Shown piece by piece: positions 1 to 9,161 of a stretch of DNA of 63,272 bases. Location of the stretch: NCBI GenBank assembly GCA_963749915.1, contig CAVVOP010000026.1:1-63272 (forward strand). Direction: 5' to 3'. Under the pieces are notes generated by a model. The model made no database searches and was not told where the DNA came from. It saw only the letters and a list, made by a program, of their open reading frames with translations. This stretch comes from an uncultured cyanobacterium. GTDB lineage: Bacteria > Cyanobacteriota > Cyanobacteriia > Cyanobacteriales > Cyanobacteriaceae. Made by a program: the position numbers and the translations under genes. Every line of letters begins with the position of its first letter. Within the stretch, counting starts at the first letter, position 1.

Positions 1-389
1 TTGAGCAGAGAACTGGCTCGATGCACAACGCGTCTAGACAGACTGTGAATATGGGCTAAGAGTTCAGAATCCTGAAAAGGTTTAGTTAGACAGGCGTCTG
101 CTCCACTATTTAAACCCTCGATACAAAGCTTCCCCTTAGACTTTTCCACCAGTAGCAAGATCAGGACTGGGTTACCCACTTTGCGTAAGCGATGACACAA
201 TTGTAAACCATCCAACTTCGGCATGGGCATGATCGCTTCTAGCACCAGCAAATCATAAACAAAAGTTTGTAGTAAAGCCCAGGCTTCCTCTCCATCAGTT
301 GCCAGATCGACGATGAATTTACGAAGGGATAGAGTTTGATGCATTTTGCTCTGTAAGGATTGATGGGGCGAAACTAGGAGAATTTTCAT
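1..389 (-). CDS. Response regulator, OmpR-like, atypical receiver domain (runs off window edge)
   Basis: Manual translation from ATG at 389: MKILLVSPHQSLQ...VDLATDGEEAWALLQTFVYDLLVLEAIMPMPKLDGLQLCHRLRKVGNPVLILLL...GLNSGADACLTKPF; not in ORF track. Confidence 0.85.
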   Translation of the reverse strand, partial: MKILLVSPHQSLQSKMHQTLSLRKFIVDLATDGEEAWALLQTFVYDLLVLEAIMPMPKLDGLQLCHRLRKVGNPVLILLLVEKSKGKLCIEGLNSGADACLTKPFQDSELLAHIHSLSRRVVHRASSLL

Positions 390-659
390 GAACCGAAGGT
401 TAAAGATTAGCTAACAGAGTGTTCTTTCAGATTATTACACAGATTTTTCACCTTTTTTTGTCATACTTAGATTTGTTTGTACATCTAGATTCGGAAAAAT
501 ACTGTATGGTTTTTATCTCAAATTGAACCAGGGGTTTAACTAACAAGAATGATTGAATGAATGGCATTATGAATGCACTTTTATGTATTTGCTAATGACC
601 ATCACAATCCCCGCAACAAAAATTTTGATGACTTATACTTTTACTTTGAGAGAAAAATC

Positions 660-1271
660 ATGGAACATGAATCCATTATTTTCACGATGTTTTTTTTGGC
701 GTTAGGACCGATTAAGATTATTCCGGCTTTTGGGAGATTAACTCAAGAAGCGGAGCTTAAGTTAAAACGACAAATCGCTCTTAAATCTGCCCTGTTAGCC
801 ACTGCGATCATCCTTATTTTAACGCTAGTTGGGCGGGGGATGTTAAGCAAATATGGGATTAGCCAAAATGCTGTACAAATGGGAGGCGGTGTTATTTTGC
901 TGTTATCGGCCTTAAATGTGATTTTTCCCTCCGTACAACCTGCTCATCCTCAACAGACAAAACCCAGCACTAACCAATTAATTATTAATATAGCCACACC
1001 GATTATTGTCCCCCCCTTTGGGACTGCTATCATTCTTCTTTTTTCAATGGTTGCTCCTCAAGTGGCTGGCATGGATTTTGTCATTATTAAATCTTTAATC
1101 ACGATTATGGTCTTAAATTTTTTAGCCATGTATTTTGTTGATCCAATCATGAAATTACCCGGATTTATGCAAATTTTACAAATTTTAGGCTCGGTCTTAA
1201 CTTTTATACAGGTAGCCTTAGCTTTTGAAATTATTTTAGATTCATTAACCAGATTAGGATTGTTTCAATAA
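660..1271 (+). CDS. MarC family inner membrane protein
   Basis: FFLALGPIKIIPAF, GGGVILLLSAL, ATPIIVPPFG motifs; hydrophobic; likely start MEHES at 660 (ORF track starts 573). Confidence 0.8.
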   Translation: MEHESIIFTMFFLALGPIKIIPAFGRLTQEAELKLKRQIALKSALLATAIILILTLVGRGMLSKYGISQNAVQMGGGVILLLSALNVIFPSVQPAHPQQTKPSTNQLIINIATPIIVPPFGTAIILLFSMVAPQVAGMDFVIIKSLITIMVLNFLAMYFVDPIMKLPGFMQILQILGSVLTFIQVALAFEIILDSLTRLGLFQ

Positions 1272-1396
1272 GAAATCGTTTTAAACACTACACCAAATTT
1301 TCACCTTTTTAATCTATGATTGGTCTTAAACTTAACCTAAGAAACGAATAAAAGCTTAAATTTGATTACTTATACTTTTACTTTGAGAGAAAGATT

Positions 1397-2170
1397 ATGG
1401 ATTTGACAGCACTGGATGCCTTTAAACTCGAAGACCAGGTCGCCATTGTGACTGGTGCTGGGGCTGGTATTGGGCGTGGCATTGCCGAATTGTTTGCCCA
1501 GGCTGGAGCTTCTGTTGTGGTCAGTGACCTGAAGGAAGAAACCGCCGCTGTAGTGGCTGACGGGATTAAGGACAAGGGAGGAAAAGCCCTGGCTGTTGCC
1601 TGCGATGTCACCAACGATCAGGCTCTGGAAAACCTGGTCAAGGCTACCCTGGCCACCTTCGGGAAAATCACCCTGCTGGTGAACAATGCCGGGGGTGGTG
1701 GCCCCAAGCCTTTCGATATGCCGATGGACACCTTTATTTGGGCTTACAAACTTAATGTGTTTTCAGTGTTTCATCTCTGCCAACTGTGTGCGCCTCATAT
1801 GGAAACTGCCGGGGGTGGGGCAATTTTGAACATCACTTCCATGGCGGGAGACAACAAGAACAAAAACATGGCTTCCTACGGTTCATCGAAAGCAGCGGAG
1901 AGCCACCTTACCCGCAATATTGCCTTTGATCTCGGACCCAAGGGAATTCGTGTGAATGCGATCGCCCCTGGTGCCATCAAAACTGATGCCTTGGCTACGG
2001 TGCTGACTCCCGACATCGAAAAAGCGATGTTAAAGCATACCCCTATATCTCGCCTGGGCCAACCTAGTGACATTGCCTATGCTGCGTTGTACCTCTGTTC
2101 TCCCGCCGCTAGTTGGGTAAGTGGACAGGTGTTGACCGTTAGTGGTGGTGGTTTTCAAGAACTCGATTAA
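1397..2170 (+). CDS. hdhA: 7-alpha-hydroxysteroid dehydrogenase-like SDR
   Basis: TGAGAGIG, NNAGGGGPKPFDMPM, YGSSK, SWVSGQVLTVSGGG.QELD closely resemble HdhA. Confidence 0.75.
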   Translation: MDLTALDAFKLEDQVAIVTGAGAGIGRGIAELFAQAGASVVVSDLKEETAAVVADGIKDKGGKALAVACDVTNDQALENLVKATLATFGKITLLVNNAGGGGPKPFDMPMDTFIWAYKLNVFSVFHLCQLCAPHMETAGGGAILNITSMAGDNKNKNMASYGSSKAAESHLTRNIAFDLGPKGIRVNAIAPGAIKTDALATVLTPDIEKAMLKHTPISRLGQPSDIAYAALYLCSPAASWVSGQVLTVSGGGFQELD

Positions 2171-2206
2171 ACCTAGTTAATTAATTTAAATAATAAGAGA
2201 AAAACT

Positions 2207-3016
2207 ATGAGCAACTTTGATACATTTGCCGACTTTCGCATGGATGGACATGTGGCTATCATTACCGGCGGAGCCCAAAACATTGGGGAAGCGATCGCCA
2301 GAACCTTGTCTGGTGCTGGAGCTAAGGTGATGATTGCTGACTTGAACGGGGATAAAGCCGAGGCGACAGCAGAAAAAATTCAAGCCGATACGGGCAATGA
2401 GGTCATCGGCATTGGCTGTAACGTCACCGTTGCCGATGATATTCAGCAGTGTGTCAACAAGACGGTGGAAACCTTCGGTGGCATTACTACTCTGGTCAAT
2501 AATGTCGGTTGGGGCAGAGCTTACGATGACCCCCTAGCGGTTTCAGAAGAAGACATGATTGAGAGCTACAAGCTCAACACTCTGTCGGCAATGAAGATGA
2601 CCGCCGCCTGTCGTCCTCATTTGCTAAAAGCCAAAGAAGAAGATAAAAACGTCAGCATTACCAACTCCGGTTCCCTGGTGGGAGTACTGCCAGCCTTTGA
2701 TTTTATCGCTTACTCCGCGGCTAAGGCGGCTCTTAATCATATGATGCTGGGACTAGCCCACTATTTTGCCAAGCAAGTCCGCATCAACACCGTTCTGATT
2801 GGCACAGTGATCACTGAAGGGTATGCCGCCGCTGGTCTGGATGAGAAGGTTCAATATGCCCTAGCTCATCCCGACAGTTTAACTGGACGACCTGGAAAAC
2901 CTCAGGATATTGCCAATGCCTTCCTCTGGCTGACCTCTCCTGCTGGCTGCTGGGTCAGTGGTCAAACCATCCAGGTGTCTGGGGGTGGCAAGCGGGTAAA
3001 ACTCAAGCCCGAATAA
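2207..3016 (+). CDS. SDR family NAD(P)-dependent oxidoreductase
   Basis: TGGAQNIG, NNVG, YSAAK motifs. Confidence 0.9.
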   Translation: MSNFDTFADFRMDGHVAIITGGAQNIGEAIARTLSGAGAKVMIADLNGDKAEATAEKIQADTGNEVIGIGCNVTVADDIQQCVNKTVETFGGITTLVNNVGWGRAYDDPLAVSEEDMIESYKLNTLSAMKMTAACRPHLLKAKEEDKNVSITNSGSLVGVLPAFDFIAYSAAKAALNHMMLGLAHYFAKQVRINTVLIGTVITEGYAAAGLDEKVQYALAHPDSLTGRPGKPQDIANAFLWLTSPAGCWVSGQTIQVSGGGKRVKLKPE

Positions 3017-3360
3017 ATTGAGGTAGTTTTCCCTCGTTCAACACAATACAGTTTCTTAGTTAATCTGATGGGTCATCAGTTGTTTCTGGGGGACTAGCTT
3101 CCCAGAGCCGAGGCAATGTGAGGCGAAGTAATTCGCCTCTTTAAGTGCCGTCCCACTAGGGACGTTACGCTGTCCCTAGAACCCTCACGTAAAGTCAGAA
3201 ATTAGATACTTGTTTTGAATAATAAATTAAGCTTTTATAGATGATTTTTTGAGTTGAAAGAAGAAATATATAGTTTTTTTAACTTTAAAGCTTTAATTTA
3301 CTCCTTTTTTCTCTATGCCGAAACAGCCCTGCTGTCATTTATGCGAGGGAGTAGTCAATT

Positions 3361-5433
3361 TTGCAACCACATTTAAAATTTGGGTTAATGATTCACTCTT
3401 GCCTTTTGTATTTTAAGTTATTGGTGTGGACTTCGATTTCCATGCTGTCAGTATTGAAATTGACATCTCCAAGTCAAGCTCAGGTTTCTTCAATGGTTTT
3501 TTCAGAAGAAAAAGTCGCCAGTGAAATTTTTTCCATTCAAGGAACTGATCTAATGACACCTGCATTGGGATATCAGCTCGATATAGAAGACATGGGAATA
3601 GAGAAGAGTTGGGAACTCTCATCTAACTCATCGGTTACCTCTGAACAAGTGCAAGCATTTTCCTGGACCAACGCCCATCTATTAGAATTAGACAATCCCG
3701 ATGTTTTTCTGGCAAACGAGCCTGATTTAGTTGAGCCAAAATCGACAGAACAGGCTTCCTCCTCGGAAGATCCTAATGCCGGACTGCGGATTCCCCCCAA
3801 TTTAGGAGAAGGGTTGCCTATCGAACAGGTGTTTATCTACCTCCGCAATCCCACGGGCGATCCAGAGCAGGATGAGGCGTTGCAACAGCAAATTGCCGAT
3901 ACCTTTCGTATCCGAGCAGGGGGAAGCTTTAGTACTCTGTTTGCCGATCAAGGGCTGAATGAAGTACGACAGTTACCCTTTGTCAAATCTGCGGAGTATC
4001 GCCTGTACGAATCCAATCGCCCAGGAACGGTTATTATCGCTCTGCTGGTGACCTTACAGCCAAAACCAACAGAGGAACCTCCAGCTGGTCAGCAACCCAC
4101 TGGTATGGTTATTAGTGGCAGTTTTCGCGATTTCCCCACTTTGTACCAGAGCGATCGTGCCTTGGTCAAATTCGTCCTGAATGGTGGCATCGGCGTTTTT
4201 AGTGACAGTAATCCTTGGTTTGACAATGCCGACAATTTTGTCGCTGGTCCTTATGAACCAAAGGGTACGATTACCTGGGGAGAGTTTTATCTAGAGCCTG
4301 GATTAGCAGGTATTACCCGCTTAGGAGATTGGCCTCTCTATATCTACGGTGCCGGCACCTATACCCTGTCTGCCACTGTACAGCCCGATATTTTTCGGAC
4401 TGACGATCGCTTTTTTGATGATGTAGAACAACTTTACGGGGGATTGTTGGTGGCTGATCCCGACAGCCCTGTAAGCTTTAATCTCTCCGCTGGTCGGCAA
4501 AAGTTCCAGCTTAACCAAGGTTTTTTGTTTTCCCAATTTGCTGGTTCCGCCAATGCACTGGATCGTGCTGCTAGTTTTTCCAATCCCCGAACCGCTTATG
4601 AGCAGACAGTTCTGACGAATCTGCGTTGGGGAAAGGTGAGATTTCAAGGCTTTTTCCTCCAACCCGATGAACTGCCTGTTGTCGATAGCGAGACCCAGTA
4701 TTTAGGTACCAGTCTCAGTTTCAATAACAACCAAAACCTAGAAGCGGCTCTGACCTATGTGACTGTACTCCAGTCGAATCGAACTTATCTATTGCCCGAC
4801 GGTGACAACTTTAGTCGCGATGGGTTGCAGGTAGTCAATCCCCGTATACGCCTATCGTCTCTATTTGGTGTCCCTGGGTTGTGGGCGGAGGCAGAATATG
4901 CCTATCAATTTAGTAATCAACAGAGCATGGCGGCTCATGGAGGTTATGTCTGGTTCGGCTATACCGCCGAGGAATTACCTTGGCGACCCAGTATTAGCTA
5001 CCGCTTTGCTGGGTTTAGCGGCGACAATCCCCATACGTACACCTATGAGCGGTTTGACCCCTTACAGGGCAGTGGACTAACCGATTGGTTACAAGGTGTG
5101 AATCTGGGCAAAGTCTATAATAACTCCAATAGTTTTTCTCACCGAGTAACCTTCAAAGTAAGACCCAGTAATAGTCTGGAATTATCACTAGATTATTACT
5201 ATCGCTTTGCTGACGAGCTGAACAATTTAGGTGGAAATCGGGCTCTCCAGAATCTGGAATCGACGGACATCGGTCATGAATTTCTGTTGATTGGTCGCTC
5301 TTATCTGTCTCAAAATTTCTTGCTCCAGGGAGTAGGAGCGATCGCCTTTCCCGGTAGTGCTATTCGCAGGGCGGTAGGCGATGACACTAGCCCTTGGCTC
5401 ACCCTCCAACTTTCACTGTTTATGTTCTTTTAA
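3361..5433 (+). CDS. Alginate-export-family outer membrane beta-barrel with N-terminal periplasmic domain
   Basis: SAGRQKFQLNQGFL, YERFDPL, amphipathic beta strands, C-terminal Phe; true start uncertain. Confidence 0.7.
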   Translation: MQPHLKFGLMIHSCLLYFKLLVWTSISMLSVLKLTSPSQAQVSSMVFSEEKVASEIFSIQGTDLMTPALGYQLDIEDMGIEKSWELSSNSSVTSEQVQAFSWTNAHLLELDNPDVFLANEPDLVEPKSTEQASSSEDPNAGLRIPPNLGEGLPIEQVFIYLRNPTGDPEQDEALQQQIADTFRIRAGGSFSTLFADQGLNEVRQLPFVKSAEYRLYESNRPGTVIIALLVTLQPKPTEEPPAGQQPTGMVISGSFRDFPTLYQSDRALVKFVLNGGIGVFSDSNPWFDNADNFVAGPYEPKGTITWGEFYLEPGLAGITRLGDWPLYIYGAGTYTLSATVQPDIFRTDDRFFDDVEQLYGGLLVADPDSPVSFNLSAGRQKFQLNQGFLFSQFAGSANALDRAASFSNPRTAYEQTVLTNLRWGKVRFQGFFLQPDELPVVDSETQYLGTSLSFNNNQNLEAALTYVTVLQSNRTYLLPDGDNFSRDGLQVVNPRIRLSSLFGVPGLWAEAEYAYQFSNQQSMAAHGGYVWFGYTAEELPWRPSISYRFAGFSGDNPHTYTYERFDPLQGSGLTDWLQGVNLGKVYNNSNSFSHRVTFKVRPSNSLELSLDYYYRFADELNNLGGNRALQNLESTDIGHEFLLIGRSYLSQNFLLQGVGAIAFPGSAIRRAVGDDTSPWLTLQLSLFMFF

Positions 5434-5472
5434 CTAAAATTAAGATCAAATCAAAGCTAACTGCTGACTATT

Positions 5473-6066
5473 ATGAAACTAAAATTCATTATTCTGACCC
5501 TTTGTCTAATGGGAATGGGTTTATCATACTCACCCCAAGTAGAGGCTGAACCAACCTCTCCCACACCGCCTAGCAACAATGAAAATAGCCAATCGTTATC
5601 TTGGCAAATGTTTTCTTCTACTCCTGGCAAGTATGTGGTTGACTTACCGGGAAAGTCCATAAAAGAGACTGGCACTAGTACTCTGCTGGAGCGAGAACTA
5701 AGTTGGCAACTTAATGGTGTCACAGTCCCTGCTGTGAATGAAGCTGACTTATTTGAGTATTATATGGTGGCTTATAGCGATATACCTCGGAGGTTGCGCT
5801 ACGACTATTCTCAAAAAGAGTTATTAGATTCAGTGGTAACTAGCGTGGTCAATGATATTCAGGATGAACAATTGAAGACCACTCTGAAAACCGAAGAAAT
5901 TGCCTTCCAAGGATTAGCTTCTAGGCTACTGACAGGGGAAAGTTTTGGGCAATATTTTGTCGCTATCCTTAGCATAACAGGCGATCGCGTTTATCTCCTT
6001 TTAGCCATAGATGATGATTCGGACAACTTTGAACATTTTTACAATTCCTTTAGCTTAATTCCTTAA
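5473..6066 (+). CDS. Secreted hypothetical protein
   Basis: Signal peptide; W.MFSSTPGKY.VDLPG motif typical of small cyanobacterial periplasmic proteins. Confidence 0.7.
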   Translation: MKLKFIILTLCLMGMGLSYSPQVEAEPTSPTPPSNNENSQSLSWQMFSSTPGKYVVDLPGKSIKETGTSTLLERELSWQLNGVTVPAVNEADLFEYYMVAYSDIPRRLRYDYSQKELLDSVVTSVVNDIQDEQLKTTLKTEEIAFQGLASRLLTGESFGQYFVAILSITGDRVYLLLAIDDDSDNFEHFYNSFSLIP

Positions 6067-6079
6067 CCAAATATTGACT

Positions 6080-6361
6080 ATGAAATTTATCTCCAGTTTA
6101 GTTTTAGCGATTCTCATGGTAACCTTGATGGGTTCATCAGCTTGGGCTGATAAAAGTTTAGGTAGAGTCATTCGGAACAATATCCGCCGTGAAATTCGGG
6201 ACGACATTCGGGACAGCGTCCGTCGTGATATTTGTCAGCGGCGAGAAGATCGCGGTCGCAATACAGATCTCTGTGATACCTTAGAAGATATTGATGATGT
6301 CCGAGATCGAATTCGCCGAACCGGAAATACAATACGGGTACTCGATGCAATTTTTGACTAA
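6080..6361 (+). CDS. Small secreted Arg/Asp-rich hypothetical protein
   Basis: Signal peptide ending AWA; IRRE/IRDD/IRDS repeats; two Cys. Confidence 0.65.
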   Translation: MKFISSLVLAILMVTLMGSSAWADKSLGRVIRNNIRREIRDDIRDSVRRDICQRREDRGRNTDLCDTLEDIDDVRDRIRRTGNTIRVLDAIFD

Positions 6362-6452
6362 GAGGAAACTAAGATAATTCTTTCCTCGATCCATTGTTCC
6401 TCTTTTTTTCTCTAAGGAATGAAGATTTAATAAAATAGCAAAGTTGAGTTTT

Positions 6453-6525
6453 GAGATTGCTTCGTTATCACTCACAATGACCCTTTTTTGAATAATGTCA
6501 TTGCGAGACGAAGTCGTGGCAATCT
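6453..6525. repeat. REP-like inverted pair
   Basis: GAGATTGCTTCG...CACAATGAC (6453-6481) and GTCATTGCGAG...GGCAATCT (6497-6525). Confidence 0.65.
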
Positions 6526-7158
6526 AAATTTGGAATTGTCTTGACTTACAATCGGTCGTACTAACTTGACTAAATTATTCCCTTTATATTCCCGAACTCC
6601 CCCCGTACAAAAGTATTGAATAACAACTAAAACCCTTATCAGTTCTAATTTAGAGCCTCATAAATTTAGTTCGCTTGTACCCATGTAAATTCAAGGTTTT
6701 CTTAAGATTTGTGGACACTCAATTTTGCTAAAATAGTAGTCATGTACTTAAGATAATTATGTATATTGAAAAAGTCCCCAATCGCAATTCACCTCCTGCT
6801 GTTTTGTTAAGACTCGACTCTCTACTTTTTTGTTTGTTTAAGCAGCCATTTTATCAGTATGTAGTATATCCCTCTTTTTTGGAGTGAATGTAGGCATAGT
6901 TCTTCCAGAAAGATGTTTGCTGGAACTGTTTTGTATTTGAAACTCTTTGAGTTGATTTTTGAGTCGGTTAAGAGCTTTAACGGGTTGATCATCATTGACA
7001 ACATCGCTGACCACCGAGACAAGAGAATCATTTTGAATAGCTGAACGCAGGCTTCCGACAGTTAATGCTGGAAGTTTGTGTTTAATAAGGGCCGTTTGCT
7101 CACCATAGAAAAATAGGCTATGGTCTAACAAAAGGCTCAGGAGCAGTCCTCGGCTTGC

Positions 7159-7713
7159 CTAACTTTTCACGGCATCTTTTTCGGTTGACAGGTGTTAGGT
7201 GTTAGGGGTTGGGTGTTAGGATTAGGGATTGAGGATAAGCTTTAATAGTTGAACAGTCAAAAAAAACACTTAGAAACTGATGGGAATACAATCCTATAGA
7301 GACTTAAAGGTTTGGCAAACAGGCATGGATTTAGCAGAAGAATGCTACTTAGTTACTCGCAATTTCCCCAAAGAAGAACTTTACGGGTTAATTTCTCAGA
7401 TTCGTCGAGCATCAGCCTCTATTCCCGCCAATGTCGCTGAGGGGCATGGTCGAAAAACCCGAAAAGAATATATACAGTTTTTATACATAGCACAAGGCTC
7501 TCTTAAAGAATTAGAAACTCATCTTTTATTGTCGAAAAGGGTAAAGTTAGGAGAGGGGAAAGTCATTGATTCTCTTTTAAATAGATGTGAATCCCTCGGA
7601 AGATTATTATCAGCATTGATTCGTGCCCTCGAAAACAAAAACTGAATTTTCCCTATCACCCAACCCCTAACACCCAAACCCTTTCTCAGGGAAAAGATAC
7701 CGTGAAAAGTCAG
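7159..7713 (+). mobile_element. Non-autonomous 555-bp cassette with TIRs and 10-bp TSD carrying a four-helix-bundle gene
   Basis: TSD CTCGGCTTGC at 7149-7158 and 7714-7723; TIR CT(A/G)ACTTTTCACGG(C/T)ATCTTTT extending to a 62-bp imperfect IR. Confidence 0.9.
7280..7645 (+). CDS. Four-helix bundle protein (23S rRNA intervening-sequence protein family)
   Basis: SYRDLKVWQ...FPKEELYGLISQIRRASASIPANVAEG.GR...FLYIAQGSLKELETHL. Confidence 0.93.
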   Translation: MGIQSYRDLKVWQTGMDLAEECYLVTRNFPKEELYGLISQIRRASASIPANVAEGHGRKTRKEYIQFLYIAQGSLKELETHLLLSKRVKLGEGKVIDSLLNRCESLGRLLSALIRALENKN

Positions 7714-9161
7714 CTCGGCTTGCTCCCTCTTCGGCTTGTTGACAGGCCATTTTTCCCCATCCTTCATGCTGCTTCCAGTCCTCAATAAAGACCTCTACGA
7801 GCCAACGTAAAGCATAATAGCTGATGAGCTCCTCTGAACGCCAGGTTGAGTCTGATGCCACCAGAAATCGAGGTTCTTTTTCCTCCCCATATCTCAAAGC
7901 AACCACTCGATATTTCTGACCATGAGATGTTATGGTCACAAGTGCAGAACTATAGTGAACTAGGGTTTCACAATGTCCTCGAAGTTGAACTGTAGTTGAA
8001 TTCCACTTTCTGGTGCCAAAGAAGTCTTTGACCGACAGCTCTTTGTCTCTGCCGAATTTAACTTTCTGGTTCTCTCTCATCTGGCTTAAGAACTGCACAT
8101 TCTCGTATATTTCCTTTATGCCACGAGTAAAACTGGGATTGAAGTAAGCAGAGTCTGCCAAGAGTGCTTTAATGATCACGAACGGATAATCGCTCTTAAA
8201 CTGTTTGATGAGTGAACATGCCAGTTTGACCCGAGTAGGATAGTCTGATTGTCGTTGTGGTTTTGAGGGTCTGTCTTTCTTTTTTACCCCTTGTTTAATT
8301 AGTTTCTTCTCATTCTTCGTCCATTCTCTAATTACTGGGTCTGGTCGATAAAAGCTCGCTCCGACAGGTATTGTTATTTCCGGTGTTACCAGTACCAAAA
8401 GCACAATATTCTGTGCTTGGTGAAATCCTCCTGTGCCTTTGAGTACTGTTTTATGGGTACCCCATATTCGTTTTGTGTTCTTGGAGCGACCTCTATCGCT
8501 ATCGTCAATAACAAGGACTCCCGAAGTAATATTGAATCGCTTCATGACGATAAGCACACTGGCACAAAGCAGGTAGTCCCAGCACTTGAGACCATGATAA
8601 AACATTTTACAAAGCGCGCCGTCCTGGTAACGACCACCACTGGCACGTTCTAGTCTTGCCCAACAAAGTGATTGTGTCAGAAGCATTCCCATCAAGACAA
8701 AGCACAAGAAACTTCCTTGAATTCTCGACAGTGGTTTATGACCTTCCTCTCGAAGTGTTTTGTTCAAGGCATCGACGTATTCGATAATATGTGGCAGAGG
8801 AGTGCGGGGAATCATAAATCTTATGGTAGAATCACGAATAGGCATAAGATTTATATGATGACAGATAAAAGTCAAGATCGTCTAACCTCTAACTAACTGA
8901 AACAAAATTAACTAATAAGAAGATTTAAAATGTAGAGAGTCGAGTAGAAGATTTAGGGACAATTTGTCTTGTGGAAGTAGAATGTAATTTGGCTCAGGGA
9001 AAGTCTAGTTTCCAGACCATTACCCGACCAACAGGATTACAACAAAAGGCATTAGATTTGGTGGAGATTTCCTTAATTTGTCCCCAGTAAATAGGGGGAG
9101 ATAAGTGGTTCAAAACTTTACACAGCACAGGTTTTCGTTTTTGTCAAAGGGGGAAGTTCGG

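Larger units (their letters stand above)
6838..8875 (-). pseudogene. DDE transposase split by a 555-bp insertion (pieces 7714-8875 and 6838-7158)
   Basis: LVIDDS, LLADSAY, YALRWLVEVFIEDWK motifs; removing the insertion plus one duplication copy restores the frame EEGASRGLLLSLLLDHSL. Confidence 0.85.
6813..8944 (-). mobile_element. IS701/IS4-like DDE insertion sequence, transposase interrupted
   Basis: Perfect IRs CTCGACTCTCTAC (6813-6825) / GTAGAGAGTCGAG (8932-8944). Confidence 0.85.

Noticed and set aside
7159..7713. True 23S rRNA intervening sequence
   Set aside because: Flanks are transposase coding sequence, not rRNA
9105..9161. N-terminus of the 99-aa ORF 9105-9404
   Set aside because: Read-through from the IS end; only the part from about 9162 is HNH-derived
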